A stretch of 63,472 nt of DNA, the filler included, from Rhabdomonas costata (lineage: Eukaryota), in assembly GCA_019059605.1 (NCBI GenBank). It is 39 parts of 39 records of this genome, joined end to end, with 100 filler letters (N's around TTAATTAATTAA, not from the genome) between each part and the next. Parts side by side here need not be neighbours in the genome. Positions count along the whole stretch, not along the records: positions 39,132 to 40,661 come from JAHMHO010013691.1; positions 40,762 to 42,291 come from JAHMHO010013692.1; positions 42,392 to 43,921 come from JAHMHO010013693.1; positions 44,022 to 45,551 come from JAHMHO010013694.1; positions 45,652 to 47,180 come from JAHMHO010013695.1; positions 47,281 to 48,810 come from JAHMHO010013696.1; positions 48,911 to 50,439 come from JAHMHO010013697.1; positions 50,540 to 52,061 come from JAHMHO010013698.1; 31 more parts are not named here. One strand, written 5' to 3'. The notes below the pieces were generated by a model. It had not been told where the DNA came from and did not search any database. It saw only the letters and a list, made by a program, of their open reading frames with translations. This document shows, in pieces, positions 39,032 to 52,161 of the stretch (position 1 is its first letter; each line of letters opens with the position of its first letter). A program made the translations under genes and the position numbers.

Positions 39032-39174
39032 NNNNNNNNNNNNNNNNNNNNNNNNNNNNNNNNNNNNNNNNNNNNTTAATTAATTAANNNNNNNNNNNNN
39101 NNNNNNNNNNNNNNNNNNNNNNNNNNNNNNNCGTGGACGTCCACCGGGGATCCATCGTAGACAGAACTTCGCTT

Positions 39175-40437
39175 TCAAACCGAAATGGTGTTGTAGTACC
39201 CCGGCCACGCAGCCGCGGGCTGGGAGGTGGGGTACGAGGCTGTTTGGGGAGCGTAGGAAAGGGGCAGCGAGTATTCCGAATAGGATGCTGGCCTGGTTGC
39301 GGTGGGGCCACCGTATCCGGAGTAGTCAGTGTAGGGTGTAGGGGTGGTCGGCTGAGAAGTGTATCGGGTTGGTTGGGACGTGGGAGCTGCTTCTTGGTAG
39401 TGCGAGGGGTACCGCGCCGGGGAACCGGTGTGTTGTGTCGAATAATACGCGGGGGCAGGTTCCTGGGAGGACTCCACGGCACCATATTGGGTGGTCTGAT
39501 ACCACGACGGATAGCCCGGGTCTGCGCGGGGCGCAGCTGCACCGGCCGTGGTGGGCGTGGCATAGGAGGGGTACGAGGAGTGTGCATGGTTGTAACCTTC
39601 GGCTGACGAGCTGCCCACGGGCGCAGAGGTGTGGGGGGTGTACGTAGTTCGCCCCGAAGACCCATAGGAATGGGAAGGTGCAGATTCATAGGAGCTCCGA
39701 GGGTGTAGGCGCTGAGGGTCCGGGTCGTAGTCAGGGGGGTAGTAATAGCGACTGGCGTCAACCTGGGATCCAGCGGAGCTGGGAGTGCGCTGATGGGCGT
39801 ATGTGTCAGAGGGGCGGCGGTGAACGTAGTCGGACTGAGAGTAGGTCTGGCGAGCCTGTGAGGTGGCTAGACCACCGGTGTCGCGGCGGAAGCCCCCGCG
39901 GGACACCTCGTGGCGCCCGCCATGGCTGTGCACGTCCTGACGACAGAGTGGGCAGATGCGGTTCTTCTGCAGCCACTCCTTGATGCACTCCTTGTGGAAG
40001 AAGTGCTTGCAGGGTAGGACGTTTACCTCCTCGCCAACGCTGTGATCCCCCCCACACAACGACAGCTACTCTGATTTGTTTGCTTTTTCATCTTGAAGGG
40101 GAAGAATGGATCGCGTGCCTGAGGATTCTGTGTCTTCCTCTTACAGAATGGCATTTGCTATATCTCTTCGACAACGCCCTGGGTATCCACCCCGGCCCTG
40201 TTCCATCCCTCACATTCACGGTTATTCAACCCACATTTTTCCCTCGTAATCTGCACCTGTAATCCTCCTGGCAGATCGAGCACATCTTGTTCTCACTGTC
40301 CTGCAAGTTTTCTGCGGTCAGCACAGCCACAGGGAGGCTGTCCAGCTCCTCACGGGTAGCGGGCGTCCACTGCGGCTCACTCTCCTGCAGCAGTAGCGTC
40401 TGGAGCTCTGCCGGGGACATCAGTAGCCCGGGCAAGC
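39175..40437 (-). CDS. RING-H2 E3 ubiquitin ligase with long Tyr/Ser/Pro/Thr-rich C-terminal tail (exons 40437-40257, 40039-39175)
   Basis: ATREELDSLP...CSICQEDY|SVGEEVNVLPCKHFFHKECIKEWLQKNRICPLCR is a full C3H2C3 RING split by a phase-2 GT-AG intron. Stop at 39177-39175. Confidence 0.93.
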
Positions 40438-42490
40438 CTGCAACGTTTTGCAAAACGGATTAGAACACCACCACAGAATCTTTCCCCATTCAAAAACCAA
40501 AAGGATTACGTAGAAGAGCTCTCGACGGGCACTAGAACCACAGGGGACCAGAAGTTATTTCCGGTTCAGATTCCCTTGCCAGTGAGACCGATGGTGACAC
40601 GTTCAAAACGTCCTTTATTTTCGCGCGCAGTCCTCATCGCACCTAATCGTTGTGCAATCTTNNNNNNNNNNNNNNNNNNNNNNNNNNNNNNNNNNNNNNN
40701 NNNNNTTAATTAATTAANNNNNNNNNNNNNNNNNNNNNNNNNNNNNNNNNNNNNNNNNNNNTTAGGGTTGTGTTTCCACTCTATCTCAAGTTTTCGGTTG
40801 GGAATACTTTGGTGAGAATCGGAGAATTTCTTGGTGGTCCCGCTTCAATCCGCTCACATGTCGAAGGCACTCGGCACTCATCGTTCCTCGTAATCAAGTA
40901 AGCTCAACGCCATTTCCTTTTTTCCCAAACCCACGCGGCCGACATGCGCGCAAGCACATACAGGGAAACAACTAAAACTCAACGCAGGAACAATCTTGTC
41001 AATCGTACATACTGGTCACGGAAGACAAAAGTCACGCAACCCCATCCCCATGTTGACAGTCAAACCGTAAAGTAGAAAGTTGAAGACGCACACACTGTGC
41101 ATTCTTTCAACGACACCATAGAGACATCATCCTTTTGTGTCTGTGTGGCGGTAGGTAAACCACCGCGCCCGCGAGAAATCGAAGCGAAGAGAGACAGAGA
41201 GAAACACCTGAGCGGAGAGCAAGTCCCAGTTCAGGCCCCAAACAGCACCCCACACCCACGGGCTGGGTAGCGGCAAGGGCGAGCCAGCCGTCCCTGCAGA
41301 GCAGATGCACGGCAAAAGTTCGTCCAAGACGGGCCGGCAGATAGTCTCCTGCAAAAAAAGCCACCCGAGTGGAGACGCCCCGAATTTCATCACATGCGAA
41401 TCGCATTGCCGAAGATGCGCCTTACCCTCTCTCAACATGCAAGCTCTCCAAAAGAAAAAACCACATCACAATAACTCACTACGTCTGCGCGTCATTATTC
41501 CAAACTGACGATTTTCACCTCCCGATACAGGAGGTATTCCTCTCCCAACACTTTCTCTTTTTTCTACTACAGCTTAGGTCTGCGGATCACACAGCCATAA
41601 ATTGTGCAATGGTAATGATCACTAGGACCCCTTCAACCCCATTTCTAAAATGGGAAACACAAGACATGACGCTGGCCCTTCTCCCCCTTCCAGGAAAGAT
41701 CCTTTGAAAAGCGTGGCGCGACTTTACCACAAGGGCCACTGCAGAGCGGAGACTGTGCCTTGAGGACACCAGAAGCCGCAGCAGCTGCAGCCGAGCCCAC
41801 CCCGAGATCCTTTTAGAGATACACGCACGCACGTATGCTGAGATTAACGAAACAGAATATGAAGCGGGGGAGAAGCCGAAAAAAAACCCACACACTCCTG
41901 ACACACCCGCCTTTTGGTAACTGTCGGAGCGCATCTGGTTGCTACGATTACAACTGCTCCAACTGCTGTGCCTGTCTGTGTGTGTGTGTGCGTGTGAAAA
42001 AACTCACATGCAGGCCGACGGACCTCGCCGTTGATGGCAACCGGACGCAGAGGAGGGAGTTTGGGTGACTTGCACTACTTGTTTTTTTTTGCGTCAAACG
42101 AGCAGCAGCGGGGGGGGGGGTGGAATTCACTAAGCGTTCCAAATTAGTAGAAAAATTGCTGAACTGCGGAATTGCTGAACACTCAACATCCCACTCTCCA
42201 CATCCAACGCAATACAGGGAATCCAAGAGAGAAGCAACTCACCTTTGAGAAACCACCACAGGCTCCCCACTGGCCTCACAGGCCCAACCCANNNNNNNNN
42301 NNNNNNNNNNNNNNNNNNNNNNNNNNNNNNNNNNNTTAATTAATTAANNNNNNNNNNNNNNNNNNNNNNNNNNNNNNNNNNNNNNNNNNNNTGTGGGGTG
42401 TGCAGATCAGCAAACCACATAACCACATTGAACGTTGGCGTCAGGAGGGGAGGGGTGGGGAGGGGATGAAATCTCATCCAAAAGCTCTAC

Positions 42491-43814
42491 CTGGTGCAGA
42501 TTACGCCGCTGCTTCTTGCATAGCTTGTTCACAAGCGCGACGAGCTGCAGGTCCTTCGCCAGACCACCCTCCCAGATCCACTCCTGGTGATCTTGCACAC
42601 TGTGGTATATTTCCAAACCATGCCACGAAGTCACTCACGGACTCCAGCTCACCCCAGCGCACGACCCGTTTGTCACGTATTTCGGCGGAGCACACGATTG
42701 CAAAGTGTTAACGGGTGTTTCCCGCCTTTTTCTTATCGGTCACGATTTCTTCCATTCGCGAAACTAAAACCCAAAACTCCCTACTGACGCCAACGTTCAA
42801 TGTGGTTATGTGGTTTGCTGATCTGCACCCACCACCTCCTGTGTTGCCGAAAGGCTATGCAGGCTAAGCACCCCCCTCACCGGCGCATCGCCGAACACAT
42901 CGCAGCACACTTGGGCACCGAGGGCGGCACCGTGGCCGCGGCGGCGGCCAACGCCTCAGCCCCAAATACGTCCCCTCGGGCCCCCGTGGACTCCGCAGGA
43001 GCGACCATGTCGGCCTGCCTGGCCATGAGGTTGGTGGTGCACTGAAAGAAAGAGTTACGGGGTGGTGGTGGTGGTGGTGGGGCTTCGTAAAAAGGTTGGC
43101 AGCGTGCGATGTGCCCCGGCATACGGGCCTCCATTCCGGGCTCGGCCATCGCTCAGTGCGTACATCCAGCGAAAAGAACTAAACAGCTCAACAAAGAACA
43201 CCCTCATTTGAACATACTCCTTCAAAAACAAGCGGATAAAACAACCTGCTCCATGCTGTAGTACTCATCAATCTTGCCCAGCCAGGAATCTGGAATCCCC
43301 AGAGGCTGATAGTCTGAAAGAAAAACATGCAAATGGCGCATGCCTTGGCCTTGGCGCAACCGCGTACCTCACTTCACGCGTACCGCACTTCCATTCACGC
43401 AGCACAATGGTAGACATGCAAATGCACACAGCACCGAAGCACAGGGGTTCCAACACATACGAATTTCAAAAGGTGACTAAGGTGACTGACTGCAGTCGCC
43501 AGTTCCCTGATGGCTTCTATCACCCCCACTGAAACCCTAAATTAAATTGCGGTACACATCCACTGGGTTTCTGCGCTTTGCAACATTGTGTGTGGTTGGG
43601 CGGTTGGGTGGATGTGGGGGTACGAGGACAGAGGTCAAACCCTCGGGGCGGTATCGGAAGGGCATTCCCCCGAAGTTGAACGAGCAGCCGTTGTTGGCGC
43701 GGAACGACGCCGCCGGAGAGATCCCCCCACCGATGTCAAACCCGCTAAGCGCGACTGACTTGGGGCTGATGTCGCTCAGGGGGTACGCTACCCCACTCTC
43801 CGTCTGCCACTCCC
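42491..43814 (-). CDS. SPRY-domain protein, possibly a large HECT-type ligase (exons 43814-43624, 43041-42881, 42599-42491)
   Basis: ISPAASFRANNGCSFNFGGMPFRYRPEG is a SPRY C-terminal motif. Downstream exons are phase-consistent. DLQLVALVNKLC resembles the pre-HECT region of HERC-like proteins (weak). Confidence 0.65.
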
Positions 43815-46084
43815 CTGAAAAAAGCAACAACAGCAAACGCAACGCAGTGAAACCGAAGGATCTGCGAAGTCAATTGCGAGATTTGAGTGATGACATGGAG
43901 ACAAAGGTAATATGTTATGCTNNNNNNNNNNNNNNNNNNNNNNNNNNNNNNNNNNNNNNNNNNNNTTAATTAATTAANNNNNNNNNNNNNNNNNNNNNNN
44001 NNNNNNNNNNNNNNNNNNNNNGGGGGGTGTGTTACTGTGTGTTTGTTTTGATAGAATACAGGGGACAATGCTTTCATTGTGGCTCAGTGCTTCTCTCGCT
44101 GGCAGCATATGGTTGTGTTCGAAATACGAAGTGCGAGGTTGGTTCTTGCATCATCATCAAGGTACATAATCGCGGGTGTACAATGTCTCAACCTTTGATG
44201 CGGTTTCACGACGGGCGGAACCGCCGTTTAACGTCCAAAGTATCGAGTACGGCTTTCGACGCGTAACTTTTAGCACGCGCCATCTCTGGCAAATGGAATA
44301 GAAAAGGAGGGAGATGGGAGTCCTTTTTTTCAGTGCCACTGACTGGCATGTTAGCCGTTGTTTCGCGTTCGGCGTGCGAACACAAAAGGTTGGACAACAA
44401 CCTTCCCGCGGTGGGGCGCCCTGGGTATCAAAGCTAATTGTCTGCCCCTGGTCTGCCCGGACTATTAAGCGAGTGGCAGATACCATTGTTCCGCGTCTTC
44501 GGGCGTGATTATTTTGACGCGGTTCCGGCCAAATGACATCGCATACTCAAGGACACCGGAGAAACGTTTACAAAAATGGCTCCTTCTGGGGGTAGCCGCC
44601 ATTATATGCCGGAATACAACAACCTGCCGATATTTAGTACGGTTCCGTAATAAGAGTTAAGTTTCTTAAAAAAGCTATTTATTAAATTTTGATTTTACTA
44701 CATATTGGAAATATTTTAACAGAATAAGCACGGTAAATAACGCAGCTATGAGGCGGAAGTTAATATTCCGATATTGAATTGAAAGAAAAGACTGTTCCAA
44801 GGACTCGTATGAACATGGGTAAAAACGTTAAGCTGACCCGTGTCGAAGTCACCCATTGTGCTATACTTTATAGTAGATGCTGTCCTTGAAACATGGCGGC
44901 ACGTGATCATGATCCAATCATTTTTGATACAGTTAAGTTAGATGAGGTTAAGACTTGATCTGTGTTAATGTTGTGTATCCAATACATCTTACTATAAAAT
45001 GCGGTATTGCTGATTAAATCTACAACTGCTGTTATATGTCGTTCTGTGAAAATGTTCTATACTGATTGGCAGTGTTTTTAGCGCGTGCGATTACAAATTG
45101 GCAACGAAATTGTTATTTTATCACCGCAGTGGTTATATTGCAGCGCTTGGGTGTTTTTGTAATTTTGTGATTTGAACGGTACACAAGATTCATGTTGTAT
45201 GTTCGCGTAAAACGCACGAGTGTAGTGTATGGTTAAGTGACTTTAAATATTTAAGTCAGTGTGTTTATGTGTATTGGCTTTGGGATAACGGGTTTCTATG
45301 TGGTGTATTTGGATTTGGTTTTGGTAAGATAAATAAATACCTTGTCACAATAAATCTTAAACTTATACCCAAACTCTCATCTTCATTACAAAACGCTATG
45401 CTTACAATGTGGTAAAGTATGCACGGCACTCCTTCGGCAGTGTTCCTTTTTGTGTCATGGAGTTTAATGGAGTAAAATCTTGTACAAGGACCACTTTATG
45501 GCTCTGTTGGAGTTTGAGAAGGAAATTTGCCGCGACCGTTCCTTATCTATTNNNNNNNNNNNNNNNNNNNNNNNNNNNNNNNNNNNNNNNNNNNNTTAAT
45601 TAATTAANNNNNNNNNNNNNNNNNNNNNNNNNNNNNNNNNNNNNNNNNNNNCGTTCTTTGGTGCTGTGCCGGACTTTGGACTCTGAACACTGTTGTGAGA
45701 GCAAGTTGAGTCTATCCGCAAAATGGTGTGTTGTGCAAGCCGTATCGCCAGCCGATTTGGTTTTTCGTTCACCCTCACCTTTCACCATTCCACAGCACTG
45801 GACGGACTTTGCACAGTTTCCCCTTTGCCGTCCGCTCTGGCCGCATCTGACTGCCCTCCGTCCTCAAACGAATGCTGTGTCACTCGCAACTGTAGCTCGG
45901 ATTCGTTTGAGTGGAGGTAGTTTCCGGAAGGGAAATTTGGATTTCAGCATGTAATGTAGAGAGAAACAGGGCTGGTGACTTTTTTATGGAAATGCTTTTC
46001 AAGTGTGTGGCGAACACATGCAGCACCTTTGTGCATCTGCTCTCCTTTAGGTTTCCGTTTTCATTATGATTTTCACTTTCGCAG

Positions 46085-46248
46085 CACCGTACCAACCAGA
46101 TGTGCGAGATCGAGAGCTATCTTAAGCAGGGGGACTTCATGCAGTCCTGGGTAGTACTTTTTGTGGATGAGAAGTGGAAGTCGATCCCTCTGCTGCACAA
46201 GCAGCTGATCCAGTTCCTGTGGAATCGCCACGCTGACCTTTGCACCGA
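46085..46248 (+). CDS. Probable exon of a hypothetical protein (absent from the ORF track)
   Basis: Pyrimidine tract + CAG, GTATGA donor, strongly GC3-biased codons: HRTNQMCEIESYLKQGDFMQSWVVLFVDEKWKSIPLLHKQLIQFLWNRHADLCT. Confidence 0.55.
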
Positions 46249-49200
46249 GTATGATGAGGCTTTCTGTGGGAGACTTTGAGCGATGAGCAGGATCTTACTT
46301 TTGGTTTATAAGACGACCTTGAAGACGCGTGATGAAGTTGTTATATTGGGGTGGCTTTCGGCATAAGTACATTTATGCCCCGCCCCCCCCCCCCAAAAAA
46401 AACCGCTTTAACCCGCACATGCATGTCCTTCAAGTGAAAGCACCTAGGATCTTGGGCCACGGAGCGTCGATGCATTGTATTCCAGGGGATAAAATGCATC
46501 CTCTCATGATGTGCCAGTGACTGTCGTTTCCTGCTTTCCCTTTTCCTTTAGACCACCACTCAAGAAACTGCTGTGTTGAAAGGAAGGAATTTTGCTTGCT
46601 GAGTCCTCCCTTGCCTCTACTGCTGTTGTGCATGAAAATTGTTCAACTCTTCGAGACGATCGAAGATGTGAATGACAAAATCGGACCCCTTCATCGCCGC
46701 CGGGGGGAGGGGACAAAATTCACCCGAATGTTTTCAGAGAATGGTCTATATTGGTCGGAGAATCGAGCGATTGGTAACTATAACTCCAATTGACCGGTCC
46801 TGCTTTTTTATTCAGCACAGTCGCACATCCACTCAAACTCACAGTCACAATCATAGTCACTGTTCAACACCCCAATACAGGAGTGCCAGGACCGCACGCA
46901 CGCACACGCCATCACTCCGTGCACCAGTCCTCTCGGGTTCATGTAGCCTTTCTGTGTGTCATTGTTTTTCGAGTTTCCACACACGCACCCGCGCGTACGA
47001 AGACAAGTAAACAAAGGGCGTCCTTCTTCAACAAAACGAGCCTGTACATGATAGCAACAGTGAAGAGCGTCAGGCTCAGTCGGTTTCTGTCCCGGTCCAC
47101 ACACACACAAGAACTTTACAAAATAAGGTCACCCCTTTCCCCCGCCCGACCTCCTCACTGATTCCTACTCACCCACACACNNNNNNNNNNNNNNNNNNNN
47201 NNNNNNNNNNNNNNNNNNNNNNNNTTAATTAATTAANNNNNNNNNNNNNNNNNNNNNNNNNNNNNNNNNNNNNNNNNNNNGTGTTGGGTGTGGTTGGGTT
47301 GTTTGGTTGGTGTCTTTCGAGGTTCTACCCAGACCACGCCGCAGTCTCCCACAATAAAAACTTGGCGGAGTCATTGTGGGGCGTCTGGCGCATCGCCAGA
47401 AGACCTGCAGTTATATGGAGGACTTCAAGGAATCCGTGGTTACTGTTTTCCGGAATGCCATCTGGCCGTGGTAGCAAATGTTCGAGAAAGTTTGGCGGCG
47501 CTTCCTCTGAGAGGCACGCCGTCAACACCCGGGTGAAGGAGCTTCGGATATAGTTCCAATGTCTGGGCGTTCCTTCTCATGACGGACGGCAAACCTGTTC
47601 CTAGCAAAAAAGCCATAGCCATCATTTCAATTTGCCACACAGGTTTATTTATGCCCATACAGCAGCCGCATACAGCTCCCCTCTGGCCCTCGAACCCATC
47701 GAGGCCCCGCTTGTTCCAAATGTCCCTCAGCCTGAGATTTCCGACGTTGAACTCATGAACGAGGAGCCGCAGTGGCCTTCTCATGTGAATGTCTCTGAGA
47801 CGCTGTGCCGGGTGACTATGATTCACACCAGTGAGGCCGGTCCAGTGGTCGCAGGACATCTCGGGGCAAAGGGGGAATATCAGTGAAGATGATTATTTCC
47901 ACGATTTATCATGAAGGTCTTTCTTTGGCTGCCGCCCATTTCTAAAGGCCGCCGCGCACCCGGAAACCAGGACCGCCAATCTGTTCAATCTTGGCACGTA
48001 TTTGGGGGTCAAACCCCCGGTGCTTTGATTATTCGTCTTTAAAATGAGGAGCATTGAAACAAGTGGTCAAGGTCAAAATATCGCTTGGTGTTATATTTTT
48101 GTGCGTTTTTGTGTTTGTTTGTATGTTTGTGTGTTCATTTTATCAAACACGATTTCGTAGTTTTGTTTGTTCATCCGTCTTCGGGGTCAGCCCCACCACG
48201 ATCTGTCCGAAGAATGGTGCGGTGAAAAAAGGGCAAAATGGAACAAACAGATTAGGTAAAATCACCAAACAACTAGTAATAAGCAGTATGAATTTCACTT
48301 AATACCGCGGTAATACACCGCGTTTTTAACCACCAGAGGGTAACAGGTTGACCATGCCACTGCTTGTACGGGCTCCGGGCAACAAAGCTCACGCACACCC
48401 GGGCGGAAATTCCCTCGGGTCGACCTGTTCGTTTTGATTTTTTGTTTGCGCATGTTACGATTGGTGGTTTTTGGTTTTAGTGCAAGTTTGACGCGGTGGT
48501 TGATGCGGCATAATTCGCCTGTTCTGCCTCTTCTGTGCAACGAAGTCGCGCGGAACCAAGATTGCTCTGTCTCTTTCAGCCAACTGAAGAGACAATTCGG
48601 CAACTCCAGCGTTAGCCCCCACGCACCCATCCTTTTGTGCGCAATGTGGTAAAATTGCCAACGTTATCTACAACAGTGCACAGCAACAAAAAGAAGTTGC
48701 AACAGAAAGTCTGGAGCCACGGCCATATAATGAACCACCTCAGGTAACCGAGAGCTTGGAGACCGTGGGTGAACGAATGTGCTGTGGCGCAGCTGCTGCG
48801 TTCACCGCGANNNNNNNNNNNNNNNNNNNNNNNNNNNNNNNNNNNNNNNNNNNNTTAATTAATTAANNNNNNNNNNNNNNNNNNNNNNNNNNNNNNNNNN
48901 NNNNNNNNNNGGTTTGGTGGGTATCTGTAAATCCTGCAGTAGCACCATGGGTCTTTGTTTTTTGCCTCCTGTTCACTGAGAGGCGTGTCGTTCCTGCCCG
49001 AGTTCTGACCCGTCAAGCGAATGATTTATGTGCCGAATACACTTCCCGACCAGCTCGCGCGCCGTACCGCTTTTTTCAGCACCAATTTGCACTCTTCTGA
49101 CTTCGCTTTTTCCGGGAAGGGGGTAAGATTTCCGATCGGTTAACGTCTACTGCGCTCCCGGTTGTGTTCGCGCGTGCTTCTCGCCTGCCGACGGCACGCA

Positions 49201-49471
49201 AATAAAGCGGTGCTCGGGGCTTCTGAAGAAGTGCCCTACAACAGGCACTTGCCTCCACACCGAAAAGGCAAATGACAAATGACAAATGCATTTAGCGGCT
49301 GGGTACCGCTGGGTATATGGCGTGGTCGATCCGGAAAAATAAATCCCGCCACGAAACCATCGTGCCGCCGCGTCGCGTCGCTTTCTTCCTCAACTAGCTT
49401 CTCTGGAGAGGTGTTCTTCTTGCACGCGCCAGCTCCTTTTTCATTTTCTCTTTTTCCACCCGCACACCCAA

Positions 49472-49801
49472 ATGAAGCGGTGCGCAGAATTGCTGAAGAA
49501 TTGGCCTCCAGCAGTCTCTTGCCTCCGACGAAGGGCCCGTGGGGGAAGCTCCTCCGGGAAGGCCGAGTCAACAGCAGGCCAGCGGACCTGTGTGCAAGTC
49601 CCGCTGTGGCTGTTGGTGGGGCTGCTGTCCGTGGTCAGCCTGGTGATTGTGGGGGTGCTGACGTACTTCCTGGTGTACAACCGCACCTCACAGGCCATGG
49701 AAAGCGTTGCGGTGAGCTACCGTGGGCTGGGCTTCGAGGCAGTGGAGAACAAGGTGACCAGCATGCTGGGGCAGGTGGCGACGATGACGAAGCTTTTGGG
49801 G
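49472..49801 (+). CDS. N-terminal TM helix plus Cache-like sensor start, probably a receptor-type nucleotide cyclase
   Basis: VQVPLWLLVGLLSVVSLVIVGVLTYFLVY followed by the long amphipathic helix TSQAMESVAVSYRGLGFEAVENKVTSML. The start position is uncertain. Confidence 0.5.
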
Positions 49802-52161
49802 GTTCAGGCCCCGACCCCAGGTGTCTCAGGATTTCAGTCTGGGCTGAGACTTGAGGATTGCACTGAATAACAGCTGAACAACTGAACCGCCCGTGAATGG
49901 ATTGAAAGAAGTCAGATGGTTTGCAAAAATGGAACATGTGATCTGCGGGCAGCATGTTTGACGTTAGCCAGGATTATTACTTGCACTGCGTCCCCTCTTT
50001 ATTCCATCTTACCCACCAAAATATATAAGGCATGTTTTCCCGTAACGAAGCGAGGTACGAGTATAGTGTATTGTTTTGGTATACGAGGAAAGCGGGAAAA
50101 TGTCCGTCTCCTGGTCTTTTGTATATACGGTAGGCCTCCCAAAACGGTGTGTGCCGCTCCTCGCACCTCTGGCCGGTACCCACCGTGACCCTTTTTAGGC
50201 GCGAAGTGGTCAGCGTTTCAAGCCTCCGTAGGGCCCTCAAGCCCCAGGTTTGTGGGGGTGGGCTATCCGATGGAAAAATTAAGGGCGAAAATTCGACGAT
50301 TTAAATTTCACGAACCACGTAACCCCATCATGAAAATTTTCAATTTCTGGGCCCGCGGACATTGTCGAAATTTTTCCTCCAAAAGCGCTGAAAATCGCGT
50401 TTTTGGACTATAAAACGGAGCAGACATAGAGGATGACCTNNNNNNNNNNNNNNNNNNNNNNNNNNNNNNNNNNNNNNNNNNNNTTAATTAATTAANNNNN
50501 NNNNNNNNNNNNNNNNNNNNNNNNNNNNNNNNNNNNNNNGTTGGTGTTTGGAAGGAAAAACACCACAAGCAACATGGCCAGAAGCATCTTATGTGACAAG
50601 CTCATCGCCAGAGAAAAAGGCCTGCAGGTATCAAGCGTCAAAGCAAAACAAACCGAGATCTGGGGAAACAAAAAAACACCAATAGGAATGTTTGCCGGCG
50701 CACCGGCAGGGCGGTTTTTGTTGGGCGCGATGAGCGCCGGCTGTTGCCTGGTTGCTTCGTTGTTGGTGACCACTGCGGACTGACGGGCGCACGCGCTGTT
50801 GGCCACCGGTGCTCGCGAGGGGCTTGGTCCGTCCCCCCTCCCTGGCGATATCGTCTTTCAAAAGACGATAGCGAACGCAATCAACATTTTTTTGTCACTA
50901 TCGTCGTTTTTGTGACCGCTATCACAACTGAAAAGGTGATAGCGAACGCTATCGTCTTTTCCAGGTGTCAAAAAACACCTGACTCAGGAACGTTCAGAAC
51001 CCAGGACAAAAAATCCACCGCAAACGTAACTGCCATCATTCCACCAGATTTCCGTGAGGATTCTCCAGATTACTGTACCCCGCTCTCTGGGGCTGAGTCT
51101 CCGCATGTTTCGCGGCAGCGGTTGGGCGCCAACTTGGGTGGGCAGAGTTGGGCTCCCTTCCTTGATGCGCGTTTGGATGTCCCACCGCATCTTCCCTGTG
51201 TACTTGGGTTCGACTCGTCCTGGTGACAAAAGAAAGCAAAGGCGCGGAGGGGAGTCACCGTCTCAATGATGAGCCCAACAGAATGTAAAAAAACACTTCC
51301 CAATGGCTCGATTGTAAAAAGATTGTAGGCACTGCACTCCAACGAAACGTGTTCCCACTTCTTCCAACAATAAATCTGGCTCTTGGGGAATTGAAACAGG
51401 GACGTGTTTTTCATTAGAGACCACCCAAATTGAAGAAACTTTTCTCAGCTCTTCACAAAAAAAAAAGATTGCTAAATTGCTCTAAAACTGCAGCCTCATC
51501 TTTGAGAAGGAGTTTTGGAGCCCAAAAGAATGTTTTCAATGTGAAATGCAGTGTGGACTAAGAGAACATGAAAATGTGTAAGTGTGGGCAACCTATTTTC
51601 TTTTTAAAGTCAAAATCATCACGTCACCGAAGAAGACAAGGCTCAGCACCGTGCAGGCTTCGGAAAAGCAAGCGAGGTGAGAAGAAGAAAAAGAGAAAAA
51701 GAGAAGAAGAATAAAGCGGAACACGCGCGCAAACTTGGGTTGGTGGTGTTAGCGAGTGACTGGGCAATGTGGCATGCCAGGACAAGGCGATGTGACAAAC
51801 GCAAAGCAGGGTGGGGGTGGGGGGATCACAATATTCCAGTGCAGGATACAACCGTTCCAAAACAAAGAAAAAACATCTTGAAACGAGCTCATCTTCGACC
51901 ACACGCACACCCACACACAAAAAAACACAGGCAAAAGTGGATCGGAACGGGCACCGCAAGAGGGAAACGGCTTGGGACGGCGCGGCGAGGAAGGAATCAC
52001 AAGGTACTGACAGCATGGTAAATTCACAAGGGACATGTGGGGGGGGGGGGGGGGGGGAGCGNNNNNNNNNNNNNNNNNNNNNNNNNNNNNNNNNNNNNNN
52101 NNNNNTTAATTAATTAANNNNNNNNNNNNNNNNNNNNNNNNNNNNNNNNNNNNNNNNNNNN

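Noticed and set aside
40762..40775. TTAGGG at a contig start as a telomere
   Set aside because: Single unit only; it fits the general G/T-rich end bias.
44887..44900. TGAAACATGGCGGC shared with 6357-6370
   Set aside because: A 14-bp match without flanking similarity; could be chance or a common regulatory word.
47288..47886. Possible decayed transposase
   Set aside because: Looks like frameshifted coding sequence, but I could not assign any diagnostic motif.
51205..51228. GGGTTCGACTC T-loop-like motif (a similar one is near 13062)
   Set aside because: No cloverleaf or A-box at a suitable distance.
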